From: a virus
Taxonomy: Duplodnaviria > Caudoviricetes
DNA: 55,037 bases
Reading direction: 5' to 3' (one strand)
Virus record (IMG/VR): IMGVR_UViG_3300032309_001623
Coordinates: 1 to 55,037 of that record
Shown here: one piece after another, positions 7,743 to 16,381 of the stretch
Layout: each line of letters begins with the position of its first letter
Position numbering within the stretch: position 1 is the stretch's first letter
The notes under the pieces: model-generated
What the model was told of the DNA's origin: nothing
The model's input: the letters and a program-made list of their open reading frames with translations, nothing else
Databases searched by the model: none
Made by a program: the position numbers and the translations under genes

Positions 7743-7956
7743 TTACAAAGCCGTACAATTCTTTAGCTTTAGCTACGACTTCTGAAAAATCATACATTTT
7801 AGGTGCATATTCTTGCCAATCTGATTGCACTTTTTGACCGGTAACTACTAGTTGGTCAAATACTTGCTTGGCAAAAGCTGTGTTGATTTCTTGTTGTTTT
7901 TCTAGGTACTCTGTAGCCATTTCCAGCATTTGAGTACGGATTTCAAATGGATTCAT
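7732..7956 (-). CDS. Hypothetical phage protein
   Basis: MNPFEIRTQMLEMA...; GGAGA RBS supports the start at 7956. Confidence 0.75.
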   Translation of the reverse strand: MNPFEIRTQMLEMATEYLEKQQEINTAFAKQVFDQLVVTGQKVQSDWQEYAPKMYDFSEVVAKAKELYGFVNAK

Positions 7957-8030
7957 ATAAATCTCCGTGTGTTGTGTGTGAAATAAAGGTCGCGTCTTTT
8001 TGAGCCTTAACACGACTATGGGGGCTAATA

Positions 8031-8234
8031 TTATTCTGATTTGCCTAAACGACCCATGTCGCCAGTATGGGTAACCCCATCGGCGACTACAATAGTTACT
8101 GGCATTAATTCAATACTTCCAGGTGCTAAATCACCTACGTCTGCTCCAGTTTTTGGGTCTTTGACTTCAGCATAGCCTTCGTCATAAGGTACACCCATTG
8201 CTGTTGGTTTTGCTTCTGATGCTTTTGTTTTCAT
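8031..8234 (-). CDS. Hypothetical protein
   Basis: 67-aa ORF with AAGG RBS. Confidence 0.6.
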   Translation of the reverse strand: MKTKASEAKPTAMGVPYDEGYAEVKDPKTGADVGDLAPGSIELMPVTIVVADGVTHTGDMGRLGKSE

Positions 8235-8242
8235 AAAATGCC

Positions 8243-8413
8243 TTATTTAGGGTATCTAGGGTACATACCTTTGCACATTGCACATTGGCAAGTTTCACAG
8301 TGGTATGGGTTCATGGGTTGACCAGGCATTACGTCTTTTGCTTCTGGCATTGGGCCATGTGGTCCAGGTGCAGGTTTAACAAATGCAAGTGGAGGTTTCT
8401 TCTTTGGTTTCAT
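8243..8413 (-). CDS. Small Pro/Cys-rich protein
   Basis: MKPKKKPP...CETCQCAMCKG; AAGGA RBS right after tRNA-Ile. Confidence 0.6.
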   Translation of the reverse strand: MKPKKKPPLAFVKPAPGPHGPMPEAKDVMPGQPMNPYHCETCQCAMCKGMYPRYPK

Positions 8414-8427
8414 AGGAATCCTTAACG

Positions 8428-8502
8428 TGGTATCCATGGACAATTTCGAAATGTCGGCCTAACGCTTATCAAGCGTTTGCTCTGCCTCTGAGCTACACGG
8501 AT
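8428..8502 (-). tRNA. tRNA-Ile(GAU), atypical T-stem
   Basis: ATCCGTG...AACGC-TTGATAA-GCGTT...GACAT-TTCGAAA-TTGTC-CATGGAT-ACCA. Confidence 0.88.
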
Positions 8503-8507
8503 ATAAT

Positions 8508-8582
8508 TGGTACTCCCGAACGGTTTCGATCCGTCTTTTCCGCCTTGAAAGGGCAGCGTCCTAGCCAGTAGACGACGGGAGC
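8508..8582 (-). tRNA. tRNA-Glu(UUC)
   Basis: CTGCC-CTTTCAA-GGCGG; T-loop ATCGAAA; CCA. Confidence 0.92.
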
Positions 8583-8591
8583 ATTATTTTT

Positions 8592-8667
8592 TGGTACCGA
8601 TGATTGGACTCGAACCAACCACACACAGATTTTCAGTCTGCTGCTCTACCTGATGAGCTACATCGGC
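8592..8667 (-). tRNA. tRNA-Phe(GAA)
   Basis: GCAGA-CTGAAAA-TCTGT, CCA. Confidence 0.95.
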
Positions 8668-8883
8668 TTAAAATGCTGGATTCTGTTCTTGCCAAGCTAA
8701 AGACTCAAGTTCACCACAATCTGTACGCCAAGCGCATTGTGATAACATCATAGTAGAGCAATCATCAAAACCCCAACAATGCGGAGGTTCTTGACCTCTC
8801 ATTGATTTAATTTGTTGCAGTATGTAGTAGCGTCGGTTGCTGAGGTTGGCTTCTTTATTTAGCAAAGTTTGTATTTCAGTCAT
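8668..8883 (-). CDS. Small Cys-containing hypothetical protein
   Basis: 71 aa, CWGFDDCS...C...C; preceded by a TTGAAA...TATAAT promoter. Confidence 0.65.
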   Translation of the reverse strand: MTEIQTLLNKEANLSNRRYYILQQIKSMRGQEPPHCWGFDDCSTMMLSQCAWRTDCGELESLAWQEQNPAF

Positions 8884-8928
8884 AATTATACCAGATTTTA
8901 AAACTTATTTCAAGCCTAAAAATAGCTG

Positions 8929-9004
8929 AGGGGTGACCACTGGGAATCGAACCCAGACTAAAAGAATCACAATCTCGGGTGCTAACCGTTACACTATGGC
9001 CACA
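8929..9004 (-). tRNA. tRNA-His(GUG); T at -1, 3' end reads CCT rather than CCA
   Basis: GTGGCCA/TGGTCAC acceptor stem, C73, TTGTGAT loop. Confidence 0.85.
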
Positions 9005-9010
9005 CCTAAG

Positions 9011-9214
9011 CTATTTTGTGCAATTAAAACATACACAACTTGGGTCGTGCCAAGGTTTGTTTGGTTGAGCTGGAACAGGATTTTCACTTGGCGTTTGCTT
9101 ATCATTGATATGAATAGCTGCAGCCGCTGCTTTACAAGCAGCTAAAGTATCGAACTGACAGTTGCCATGTTCGCCATATTTCCATTTACCGTTAGCACAC
9201 TTCATGCAAGGCAT
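9011..9214 (-). CDS. Small Cys-rich protein
   Basis: MPCMKCANGKWKYGEHGNC...CVCFNC; AAAGGA RBS; start re-called outside tRNA-Ser. Confidence 0.65.
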   Translation of the reverse strand: MPCMKCANGKWKYGEHGNCQFDTLAACKAAAAAIHINDKQTPSENPVPAQPNKPWHDPSCVCFNCTK

Positions 9215-9230
9215 AAAATTCCTTTGTTTG

Positions 9231-9318
9231 TGGCGGAAGTAGTAGGATTCGAACCTACGCGCCAATTTCTCAACGACAGTTTAGCAAACTGCTGGTTTAA
9301 CCACTCACCCATACTTCC
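9231..9318 (-). tRNA. tRNA-Ser(GCU)
   Basis: GCAGT-TTGCTAA-ACTGT, long variable arm, CCA. Confidence 0.95.
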
Positions 9319-9447
9319 GTTAAATACCATATAGAAACACTTTCAATATCAGTTCAATGCTGGCACAAAGAACCTTTCGCAGCTGCCAGGCTACCGAATA
9401 TTGGCCGCATATATTCGCAGTTACTATTCGTCAAAAATGTTTTTATA

Positions 9448-9522
9448 TGGTAGACGCACAGAGAATCGAACTCTGATTTGTAGGTTAAAAGCCCACTACT
9501 TTAGCCGTTAAGTTATACGTCC
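9448..9522 (-). tRNA. tRNA-Lys(UUU)
   Basis: GTGGG-CTTTTAA-CCTAC, CCA. Confidence 0.92.
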
Positions 9523-9523
9523 A

Positions 9524-9649
9524 TTAACCGTCCCAACCTTCTCGGTTGAGTTTTCCGCGCAATTGCTTGTGCGATTTTTTATGTGAACCACTGCCGTTAC
9601 GCTTCATTAAAGCGACTACAACATGGTTCCGAGGTTTTCGTGTTTTCAT
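9524..9649 (-). CDS. 41-aa highly basic peptide (possibly ribosome-associated)
   Basis: MKTRKPRNHVVVALMKRNGSGSHKKSHKQLRGKLNREGWDG*, TAAGGA RBS. Confidence 0.65.
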   Translation of the reverse strand: MKTRKPRNHVVVALMKRNGSGSHKKSHKQLRGKLNREGWDG

Positions 9650-9665
9650 AATTATCCTTAAAAAT

Positions 9666-9740
9666 TGGTGGACCGAGGGAGGATCGAACTCCCACCCGAG
9701 GCTTGCAAAGCCACTGTGCTCCCATTATCACTATCAGCCC
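9666..9740 (-). tRNA. tRNA-Ala(UGC)
   Basis: TTTGCAA loop, G3-U70, CCA. Confidence 0.93.
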
Positions 9741-9922
9741 ATTTTAGATTATGTACTGTTTACTACCCAAGCCGCTAAGCCTGTGATCTTGACTTACCAG
9801 GTTCATGACACCCGCCTATATCAAAATTCATATTATACCCTGTAAGTTTCCTAGGACATACAGGTCTCAAATATGCAAAACCCCGAAACTGAATCGGTGT
9901 TCGAGCAGTACATAAACTAAAA

Positions 9923-9996
9923 TGGTCTCGGTGGCAAGAATCGAACTTGCGCTACATGGTCCCAAACCACGGGTGATACCATTTCACTACACCGAG
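9923..9996 (-). tRNA. tRNA-Pro(UGG)
   Basis: CGTGG-TTTGGGA-CCATG, CCA. Confidence 0.95.
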
Positions 9997-10069
9997 ATTT
10001 CATCCGCCTTGCTTGAAGTGTGCTGCCCAATATTAGGGATGTACTAGTATTGGGCAGCATAAGCGGGAC

Positions 10070-11068
10070 TTAGTTTAAAAATGTGGCAACAGCCAAGTTT
10101 TTTTCTTTTGATTCACACATTATATCTGCAACAGGACTAAATGTCAAGGCCCATTTATTTACTGCTTGATTCCAGTAGTAGTCTGAATGAGCACGAAGTT
10201 TAGTTGAGGTAAACCCCATAGACTTTAGCTGAGCTAGATCAGGTTTTGTAGCAGGGTCGTGATCTATAAGCACATCTTCGCGGGACACTGAGTAGTGAAT
10301 AACTGGTCGAACACCACGCCATGACTCTACTACAGATTTTACTCTATCATCATCAGGTTCAATGTACTCGCCTGTGGCAATCCAGTGGTGATGAATGTCT
10401 AAGACTAAGGCACAGTCAAGCATCAACTCTAGCGATGCATCAAGACCCCAGGTATACTCAGCATTTTCAATAGTCAAGCAATTACGCGCTTCAGGACTCA
10501 GCTTTTTTAGAGCAGCTTGAATTCCATTAGGTCCGCGCTTACCGCCGATATGTACGTTACACTTAAAGTCTTGAAACTTTTTGCCATAGCCCATATATCT
10601 GATAAGGTCACAGTGGTACTCAAACTCAAGAATACTGCGATCAACAATTCCATCATTCTCACTCGCTAAAACACAAAATTGACCTGGATGAAACGATAAA
10701 CGCACATCTAGGCTACGGGCTAGGTCACCAATCTTGCTGAGATTGGTTTCTAGAAATTGTACTACATCTGACTGAAAGTAAAACCACATCCAGTCATCGT
10801 GGGTGTAAGCGGTCAAGAGATCACTAGATATACGAAACATTCTAAGATTTGGATCTCGACCGCCTACCCACACAATTTGGTTACGAAGGGCATCAATGTT
10901 ATGACGCATCAAGTCCCAAAGACGAGCACACGCTACGTCTTTGGATTGTTTGTTGAGCCATGTGATAGTTGTTGCTTTTGTGTTCAGTTTAGGGTCAGCT
11001 ACACCTTCGGACTTTTGAATCTTACAGGCAAAGCCAACTCTGTTAATTTCTTGGTTAAATGTGTGCAT
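10070..11068 (-). CDS. uvsE: UV-damage endonuclease UvsE/UvdE
   Basis: RVGFACK, MFRISSDL, VRLSFHPGQF, LTIEN, LVLDIHHHW, RAHSDY, DIMCESKEKN motifs. Confidence 0.92.
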   Translation of the reverse strand: MHTFNQEINRVGFACKIQKSEGVADPKLNTKATTITWLNKQSKDVACARLWDLMRHNIDALRNQIVWVGGRDPNLRMFRISSDLLTAYTHDDWMWFYFQSDVVQFLETNLSKIGDLARSLDVRLSFHPGQFCVLASENDGIVDRSILEFEYHCDLIRYMGYGKKFQDFKCNVHIGGKRGPNGIQAALKKLSPEARNCLTIENAEYTWGLDASLELMLDCALVLDIHHHWIATGEYIEPDDDRVKSVVESWRGVRPVIHYSVSREDVLIDHDPATKPDLAQLKSMGFTSTKLRAHSDYYWNQAVNKWALTFSPVADIMCESKEKNLAVATFLN

Positions 11069-11069
11069 T

Positions 11070-11429
11070 TTATTGCCAGGTTCTGTGTGCTTCAGCAACG
11101 TGCTCAAGACCATCATACTCTACAATATGCCAGTCTATGTCGTCAGGAATATCAACAATTTTAATACTGGCATAGTGCCCATTAGCAGCTTCGCCCAGGT
11201 GTTCAATAACTGCAATCAAGTCAGGGTCATTGCGCTGCTGATAGAACTCGTAAGAATTAATATAAGTAGCGTCTGAGTGTGGACGGCCTGCTAGGTAATA
11301 GTCACTACCTCTCCAGGCTTTTTCAGTGTCTACTACCTCAAATGCAATGCCTTTACGTGCAAGCAGCGCTTCAAACGCTTGATCGCTAATGCTAAATCCG
11401 CCAAAATCTGTGTTAATTGCTATTTTCAT
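11070..11429 (-). CDS. Hypothetical phage protein
   Basis: KIAINTDFGGFSIS...RNDPDLIAVIE...IVEYDGLEHVAEAHRTW. Confidence 0.8.
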   Translation of the reverse strand: MKIAINTDFGGFSISDQAFEALLARKGIAFEVVDTEKAWRGSDYYLAGRPHSDATYINSYEFYQQRNDPDLIAVIEHLGEAANGHYASIKIVDIPDDIDWHIVEYDGLEHVAEAHRTWQ

Positions 11430-11450
11430 TTTGTGTGTGCTTTAGTTATG

Positions 11451-11534
11451 TGGTACCCCAGAGGAGACTCGAACTCCTACGCCTTGCGACATTGGCTTCT
11501 AAGACCAACGTGTCTACCATTCCACCACCAGGGC
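11451..11534 (-). tRNA. tRNA-Leu(UAG)
   Basis: TTGGT-CTTAGAA-GCCAA, variable arm, CCA. Confidence 0.95.
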
Positions 11535-11551
11535 TTTAATTATATATTATA

Positions 11552-11881
11552 CTATGAAACAACAATGTTGTCAATACTCAAAATCTTAATAGTTACATCG
11601 CCGCGTTCTTCAGCTTGTTTTAGCCAATTTGCTAAAACACCTTGCATTAGTGAACTCATGTGATAGTTGTTGGCATGACAGCGGTATGTGCTGCCTGAAT
11701 AGCCGTCAAACTCAAACCACTCGCCTTCTTTGCGTGTAACAGTAATTCCTGAGTTAAGTTTCCAACTATTTGATCCAGCAAAACCGCCATACCAACCAGC
11801 AAATACTTTGCGTAAAGGAAGGTCATATTGTGGAGCGTCAAATTCCAAGACAACCCAAACATCGGGTGTATAGGTACTCAT
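11552..11881 (-). CDS. Hypothetical phage protein
   Basis: YTPDVWVV...AGWYGGFAGSNSWKLNSG...GYSGSTYRC. Confidence 0.8.
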   Translation of the reverse strand: MSTYTPDVWVVLEFDAPQYDLPLRKVFAGWYGGFAGSNSWKLNSGITVTRKEGEWFEFDGYSGSTYRCHANNYHMSSLMQGVLANWLKQAEERGDVTIKILSIDNIVVS

Positions 11882-12075
11882 AGTGTTGCTTTGTAAGTTT
11901 TAATAGCGTCTGCATCAAGTGATGCATACACACGAAATTTGTCTCTGCCAACTCGGTCGTACAAGTCTGTGGCAAGTTTTTCAAGATGCTCTAGGCTTTC
12001 AACTGTGATTAGTGTACACGCCACATAACGACTCATAAAAGCATCAATTAAAAATTCTTTGGTATATCCTGCCAT
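11878..12075 (-). CDS. Hypothetical protein
   Basis: GGAGA RBS, ATGA overlap with the next gene. Confidence 0.7.
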   Translation of the reverse strand: MAGYTKEFLIDAFMSRYVACTLITVESLEHLEKLATDLYDRVGRDKFRVYASLDADAIKTYKATL

Positions 12076-12141
12076 ATTATTTCTCCAAATGAGTTATTAT
12101 TATAACCCATTCAGAGACTTAACACAAGCCTATATTTATAG

Positions 12142-12216
12142 TGGTCCGGCCTACAGGAATCGAACCCATATTCACGGTGTAGAAGACCGCTGTATTATCC
12201 ATTATACTAAGGCCGG
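12142..12216 (-). tRNA. tRNA-Arg(UCU)
   Basis: GCGGT-CTTCTAC-ACCGT, CCA. Confidence 0.92.
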
Positions 12217-12220
12217 TAAT

Positions 12221-12643
12221 TTATACGCCTTGGGGTCTGAACAATTCTGTTTCAAAAAACTCTTGCAGTTCAGGGTCCATGTACTCAAAGTTATCTGGAA
12301 TGTTAAGCACAATTTGCTTTTGTTCAATTTGGTCTAGCAAATCCTTGTGACCTAAAAAGTTATCTTCTAGTTGCCACAAGTTCTCACGATTAACAAACAC
12401 AATCTTTTCGGCCCAGTTAATTAGATTAGCACTGCAAGGTACTAGCGCATAGTTAAAATTTGAGCCACATGAGCGACTGTTGATACCGCGTTTGACAGCG
12501 AGTGCAGCGCCGGTTGGGCTTCGCAAGAGACCAGCGCTACACACAAAAAGCCAGCGAGGACTGCTGCCTTGATATGGGTTGCTGTATGGGGCATTAGTTT
12601 GAAAGATTGCGGCATTTTTTGTTCCAGTGCTAAATTCTTGCAT
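12221..12643 (-). CDS. Low-molecular-weight protein tyrosine phosphatase-like protein
   Basis: LFVCSAGLLRSPT P-loop (CX5R) and IPDNFEYMDPEL. Confidence 0.8.
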   Translation of the reverse strand: MQEFSTGTKNAAIFQTNAPYSNPYQGSSPRWLFVCSAGLLRSPTGAALAVKRGINSRSCGSNFNYALVPCSANLINWAEKIVFVNRENLWQLEDNFLGHKDLLDQIEQKQIVLNIPDNFEYMDPELQEFFETELFRPQGV

Positions 12644-12659
12644 TTTGTTTTCTTTGTAG

Positions 12660-12893
12660 TCATAGTCCAGCCACCTGATAGCATACTGGACATATAGGGT
12701 TTCCGTCTAAGTCGTCAATTAATTTTTTAGACCAAATGTTGCAGTGTGAACATTGATCTATTTGTTTTTGTAACAGCGCGTCATCAATTTCATCAAAATC
12801 AATGTCATTATCTCTGCATACTTGATATAGTGGTTTGCGAGTATTATTTAGATACTTTACTAGTTTCAAGTATGTCTGGTTTATATCGGTCAT
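12660..12893 (-). CDS. Zinc-ribbon protein
   Basis: CSHC...CPVC. Confidence 0.65.
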   Translation of the reverse strand: MTDINQTYLKLVKYLNNTRKPLYQVCRDNDIDFDEIDDALLQKQIDQCSHCNIWSKKLIDDLDGNPICPVCYQVAGL

Positions 12894-13287
12894 CTAGGTG
12901 TTGGTGAGTTTTTTCAAACTCCAGTAAAAACATAATGCAGCAAGCTGCGTGAGCCAAGTGCGATAAGCCCGATTCTGGGTCTTTATCTTCACCTGCGTTA
13001 AAAGCTGTAATATGCCGCATTGCTGCGCTTAAGGGCCTGCTCCAAGCAAATCCTGATCGCCAATTGTGTTCGGCATACTTTTGTGCACCAAACGCTAATA
13101 CTGCGGCAGTTTGGTTTAGCGCTTCAGTCGACAACAAATGAAGCGGTAGTTTGTCTTGATCAAACTTTAGTGCTGTACCAAGATGTTTTTTGATAGCAGC
13201 TACAGTTTCTGGAGGAATAGTGACTGTGTCAACTGGAGTACTTCCAAATACGATGTGATGTTCTATTGCGTTGTCAATGTTAGGCAT
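12844..13287 (-). CDS. dATP/dGTP diphosphohydrolase-domain (DUF5664-type) protein
   Basis: KFDQDK...VLAFGAQKYAEHNW...AMRH...GEDKDPESGLSHLAHA. Confidence 0.85.
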   Translation of the reverse strand: MPNIDNAIEHHIVFGSTPVDTVTIPPETVAAIKKHLGTALKFDQDKLPLHLLSTEALNQTAAVLAFGAQKYAEHNWRSGFAWSRPLSAAMRHITAFNAGEDKDPESGLSHLAHAACCIMFLLEFEKTHQHLDDRYKPDILETSKVSK

Positions 13288-13346
13288 AATAAGTGTTAAT
13301 AAATTGCTGTTTGATTTATATATTATACTGGAATTTACTCAACATT

Positions 13347-13538
13347 TCAACTTTGTTTTTCTTTTGGTCTCAGCAATGCTGGTAAAACTGTTTTTGTCTT
13401 TATTTGTTTTAATAACTCAGGATTAATTTCTAGATTACCAGGCTTAATACCTTTTTCTCTATAGTACCTATAATAAGTAGGTAACAATACGTCTAATATT
13501 AAAACTTCTAATTCTCGTGTATAAGTTAGTTGTGACAT
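13347..13538 (-). CDS. Hypothetical protein
   Basis: MSQLTYTRELEVLI...; GAGGA RBS. Confidence 0.6.
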   Translation of the reverse strand: MSQLTYTRELEVLILDVLLPTYYRYYREKGIKPGNLEINPELLKQIKTKTVLPALLRPKEKQS

Positions 13539-13702
13539 GGTAATCCTCGTTTTGTTTATTATATACGATAAGCAAATTTTTTTCAACGCAATGTTTTTTG
13601 TGGTTTGGCGCCGGGTCGTTATTTTACTTTATAAAATTTTGTCTTGTATTTTTGAGCTTATTGCTATATAATTAAAAATCGTGACAAATTTTTAAGAAAA
13701 AT

Positions 13703-13969
13703 ATGGATATTAACTGGCTTGTACAAATACTTAGGCATGGAGAAATCTACAATGCTCAAAATTCAGAAGGAGAAACATATCAAGTGACAAGACCGCCCAC
13801 TTCTGTAAGTATCAAAGCTGCTAACGTAATTCAGCAGCTTTCCAATCAACTACAACAAAATGCTGAAATTAATCAAAATTTAATGCAACAATTAAATGAT
13901 GCAAACACAGAACTAGAAACTTTCTATCAACAAAGAAAGCAAGAATCAGAAGCAAAGAAAGAAACATAA
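13703..13969 (+). CDS. Coiled-coil hypothetical protein; first gene after the divergent promoter region
   Basis: Q/N-rich heptads; TTGTAT-N17-TATAAT upstream. Confidence 0.7.
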   Translation: MDINWLVQILRHGEIYNAQNSEGETYQVTRPPTSVSIKAANVIQQLSNQLQQNAEINQNLMQQLNDANTELETFYQQRKQESEAKKET

Positions 13970-13997
13970 TAGCATTTTGTTGCAACCTGGAGATGTT

Positions 13998-14459
13998 ATG
14001 ACAACATTCAAGATAGCAACAATTTTAATGGCACTAGTACTTTCAACAAGTATAAATATGCCAACAAAACCTAAAACACAGATAGTTAAAGCTAATGCAC
14101 AAGACATAGAGTGTTTAGCTAAAAATATCTATCATGAGGCTCGTGGAGAGCCATTTCAAGGACAAATAGCCGTTGCATTAGTTACCGTAAATCGTGTATC
14201 TAGCGGATTATTTCAAAATACAATATGTAAAGTAGTTTACGCAAACAAACAATTTTCGTGGACTATGGATAAACATAAAAAAGTAAAAGACCAAAAGGCA
14301 TGGGCCTCAGCAGTGAAAGTAGCAACAGCAGTATTAAGTAGGCGTGTATATGAGCCCGACTTTACTGCGGTATACTTTCATGCCAGCCATGTAGCCCCCA
14401 TATGGGCAAAAACTAAAACTATTATAGCTAAAATAGGCAACCATATATTTTACGCTTAA
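13998..14459 (+). CDS. SleB-like cell-wall hydrolase (Hydrolase_2)
   Basis: CLAKNIYHEARGE...GQIAVA...NRV...ICKVVY...QFSW...IGNHIFY; signal-like N-terminus. Confidence 0.92.
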   Translation: MTTFKIATILMALVLSTSINMPTKPKTQIVKANAQDIECLAKNIYHEARGEPFQGQIAVALVTVNRVSSGLFQNTICKVVYANKQFSWTMDKHKKVKDQKAWASAVKVATAVLSRRVYEPDFTAVYFHASHVAPIWAKTKTIIAKIGNHIFYA

Positions 14460-14541
14460 GCAAGGCACAGTAAGCTCCTAAAAACAGGCTTGCTGTGCCT
14501 TTTCTTTTGTGATATAATATCTTATTAAACAGGAAAACACT

Positions 14542-15297
14542 ATGAAAATCAGACTATTATCCGATCTACACACAGAATTCCGCCTGCCATATAAAACTGC
14601 TGATTTTGCAGAATATCGCGGCGAGGATGTGCTCGTACTTGCAGGAGACATTGCGTCTGGAACTACTAACACAATGAGTGTTATTAAGTTTTTTAAAGAC
14701 CAAGGGTTTCCTAACATTGTGTACGTTGCAGGTAACCACGAGTATTATGGTGGTGACTTTATTCAATTTAATGAAAAAATGGCTGAAAAGTGCAGCATGG
14801 TTGAGGGAGTTCACTTTCTTAATCCTGGTTCAGTTACCATTGATGGTGTACTGTTTACTGGTGGCTCACTGTGGACTAATTTTGCCGAAAATCCTTTTAG
14901 TCAGTCAGCAGCCAAACGTGGTATTAATGACTTCAGAGTAATCAAAAGCTTTGATGTTAACGAGTGTGCTAAAACCTACTACAAACACATCGACTACATC
15001 AAACAAAGTTATGAAGGTCGTGACAACAAAAAAGTTGTTGTTGTTACTCACTTTCTTCCTGCACGCGAGTGCATTGCACCACGCTGGCGTGGGCCGGACT
15101 TAATCAACGATTACTTTGCTAATAACTTGGGTGAGTATATCAGCACTATGTCTGATACTACATGGCTATTTGGACATACACACGACGCTACTGACATTCA
15201 GCTTGGCGATACTCGTGTGGTTGCAAACCCTCATGGCTATTACACAGCCTTAAACGATGGTGTTGGTTTTGACCCTTTTAAAACTATTGAAGTATGA
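14542..15297 (+). CDS. Calcineurin-like metallophosphoesterase
   Basis: SDLH, LAGDI, GNHE, VVTHFLP, FGHTH motifs. Confidence 0.92.
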   Translation: MKIRLLSDLHTEFRLPYKTADFAEYRGEDVLVLAGDIASGTTNTMSVIKFFKDQGFPNIVYVAGNHEYYGGDFIQFNEKMAEKCSMVEGVHFLNPGSVTIDGVLFTGGSLWTNFAENPFSQSAAKRGINDFRVIKSFDVNECAKTYYKHIDYIKQSYEGRDNKKVVVVTHFLPARECIAPRWRGPDLINDYFANNLGEYISTMSDTTWLFGHTHDATDIQLGDTRVVANPHGYYTALNDGVGFDPFKTIEV

Positions 15298-16199
15298 ACG
15301 CTAAAGACAAAATAACTGCTAAAATTATTGCTGACTCGATCAGCCCTGAACACGTCAGGATGACTACTATGGAGATTGAGTATCCCAGGTTTATCCTAGC
15401 GGAACTCAACACTCATAGGATGTTGTCAAAGAACTCAGCTTCCAGTCGTGCTATTCCTGTTAAAGCAATGCATGAACACATTCTTAGTTCTCCTGCTGAG
15501 CCAGTGTATTGGGGCAAGAATCAGGCAGGTATGCAGGCCAAAGAAGAACTTACAGGCACAGACTACACAGACGCTAAATTTATTTGGCAACGTGCAATGC
15601 AAGATGCCCTTCATTGGTCTGGCGGATTGGCTAATAGATTGCAGCTGCACAAACAAATTGCTAATCGCATTACTGAGCCTTGGATGACAATGAAAACTGT
15701 TATCTCAGGCACAGAGTGGCGAAACTTTTGGTGGCTGCGTTGCCATGCAGATGCACAGCCTGAAATTCATGAGTTGGCAATAAAAATGCGTGATGAGTAT
15801 ATCAAGTCAACTCCAGTACGCTTAGTTCCAGGAGAGTGGCATGTGCCTTATGTTAATACTTATCGTGATGATCGTGGCGGTTTGCAGTATCTTGATAGCA
15901 ATGATACTAATATATCGACAGAAGAAGCGCGTATTATCAGCGCTAGTTGTTGTGCACAAGTGTCGTATCGAAAGAATGACGATAGCTTTGAAAAAGCTGA
16001 AAAAATCTTTAATCAGCTAATTCAATCACAGCCTTGTCACGCTAGCCCAGTTGAGCATCAAGCTACCCCGATGCAGCGACCTGATTGTTTTGCCGACTTA
16101 GGTACTACGCATATAGACAGGGCAGGCCAAGCTTGGTCAGGCAACCTCAAAGGTTGGATTCAGCATCGTAAACTAATTCAAGGAGAAGCACAGTGGTAG
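15294..16199 (+). CDS. thyX: Flavin-dependent thymidylate synthase (ThyX/Thy1 family)
   Basis: ELNTHRMLSKNSASSRAIP, LHKQIANR, LRCHADAQPEI, HASPVEHQA. Confidence 0.85.
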   Translation: MNAKDKITAKIIADSISPEHVRMTTMEIEYPRFILAELNTHRMLSKNSASSRAIPVKAMHEHILSSPAEPVYWGKNQAGMQAKEELTGTDYTDAKFIWQRAMQDALHWSGGLANRLQLHKQIANRITEPWMTMKTVISGTEWRNFWWLRCHADAQPEIHELAIKMRDEYIKSTPVRLVPGEWHVPYVNTYRDDRGGLQYLDSNDTNISTEEARIISASCCAQVSYRKNDDSFEKAEKIFNQLIQSQPCHASPVEHQATPMQRPDCFADLGTTHIDRAGQAWSGNLKGWIQHRKLIQGEAQW

Positions 16200-16381
16200 G
16201 ATTTACAAGTAAAAAAGCTTTAGCCGATAATCGTTGGACTGCTATTTTAGAAGAAGACGGTGATGACCTTATTCTTCCACTGCCCGAAGAATTGCTAGAA
16301 GAGCTTGACTGGAAGGTAGGCGATACTTTAACATGGACTGAGTACTCTGAAGGTTCTTGGGCTATTAGAAAGGAAGTATGA
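16193..16381 (+). CDS. AbrB/MazE-like DNA-binding protein
   Basis: DLILPLPEELLEELDWKVGDTLTW. Confidence 0.7.
   Translation: MVGFTSKKALADNRWTAILEEDGDDLILPLPEELLEELDWKVGDTLTWTEYSEGSWAIRKEV

Noticed and set aside
9546-9845. 99-aa plus-strand ORF
   Set aside because: Antisense to tRNA-Ala and the basic peptide gene
10003-10068. Hairpin TGCTGCCCAATA...TATTGGGCAGCA after uvsE
   Set aside because: A simple stem-loop with no T run; likely a processing or stability element, not enough for an ncRNA call
1050-12216. Stop-codon recoding or suppressor tRNA
   Set aside because: No CUA, UUA or UCA anticodon among the 21 tRNAs, and long genes read normally with the standard code
12844-13287. dATP/dGTP diphosphohydrolase as evidence for a 2-aminoadenine (Z) genome
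   Set aside because: No PurZ in the window, and this domain is widespread in ordinary phages
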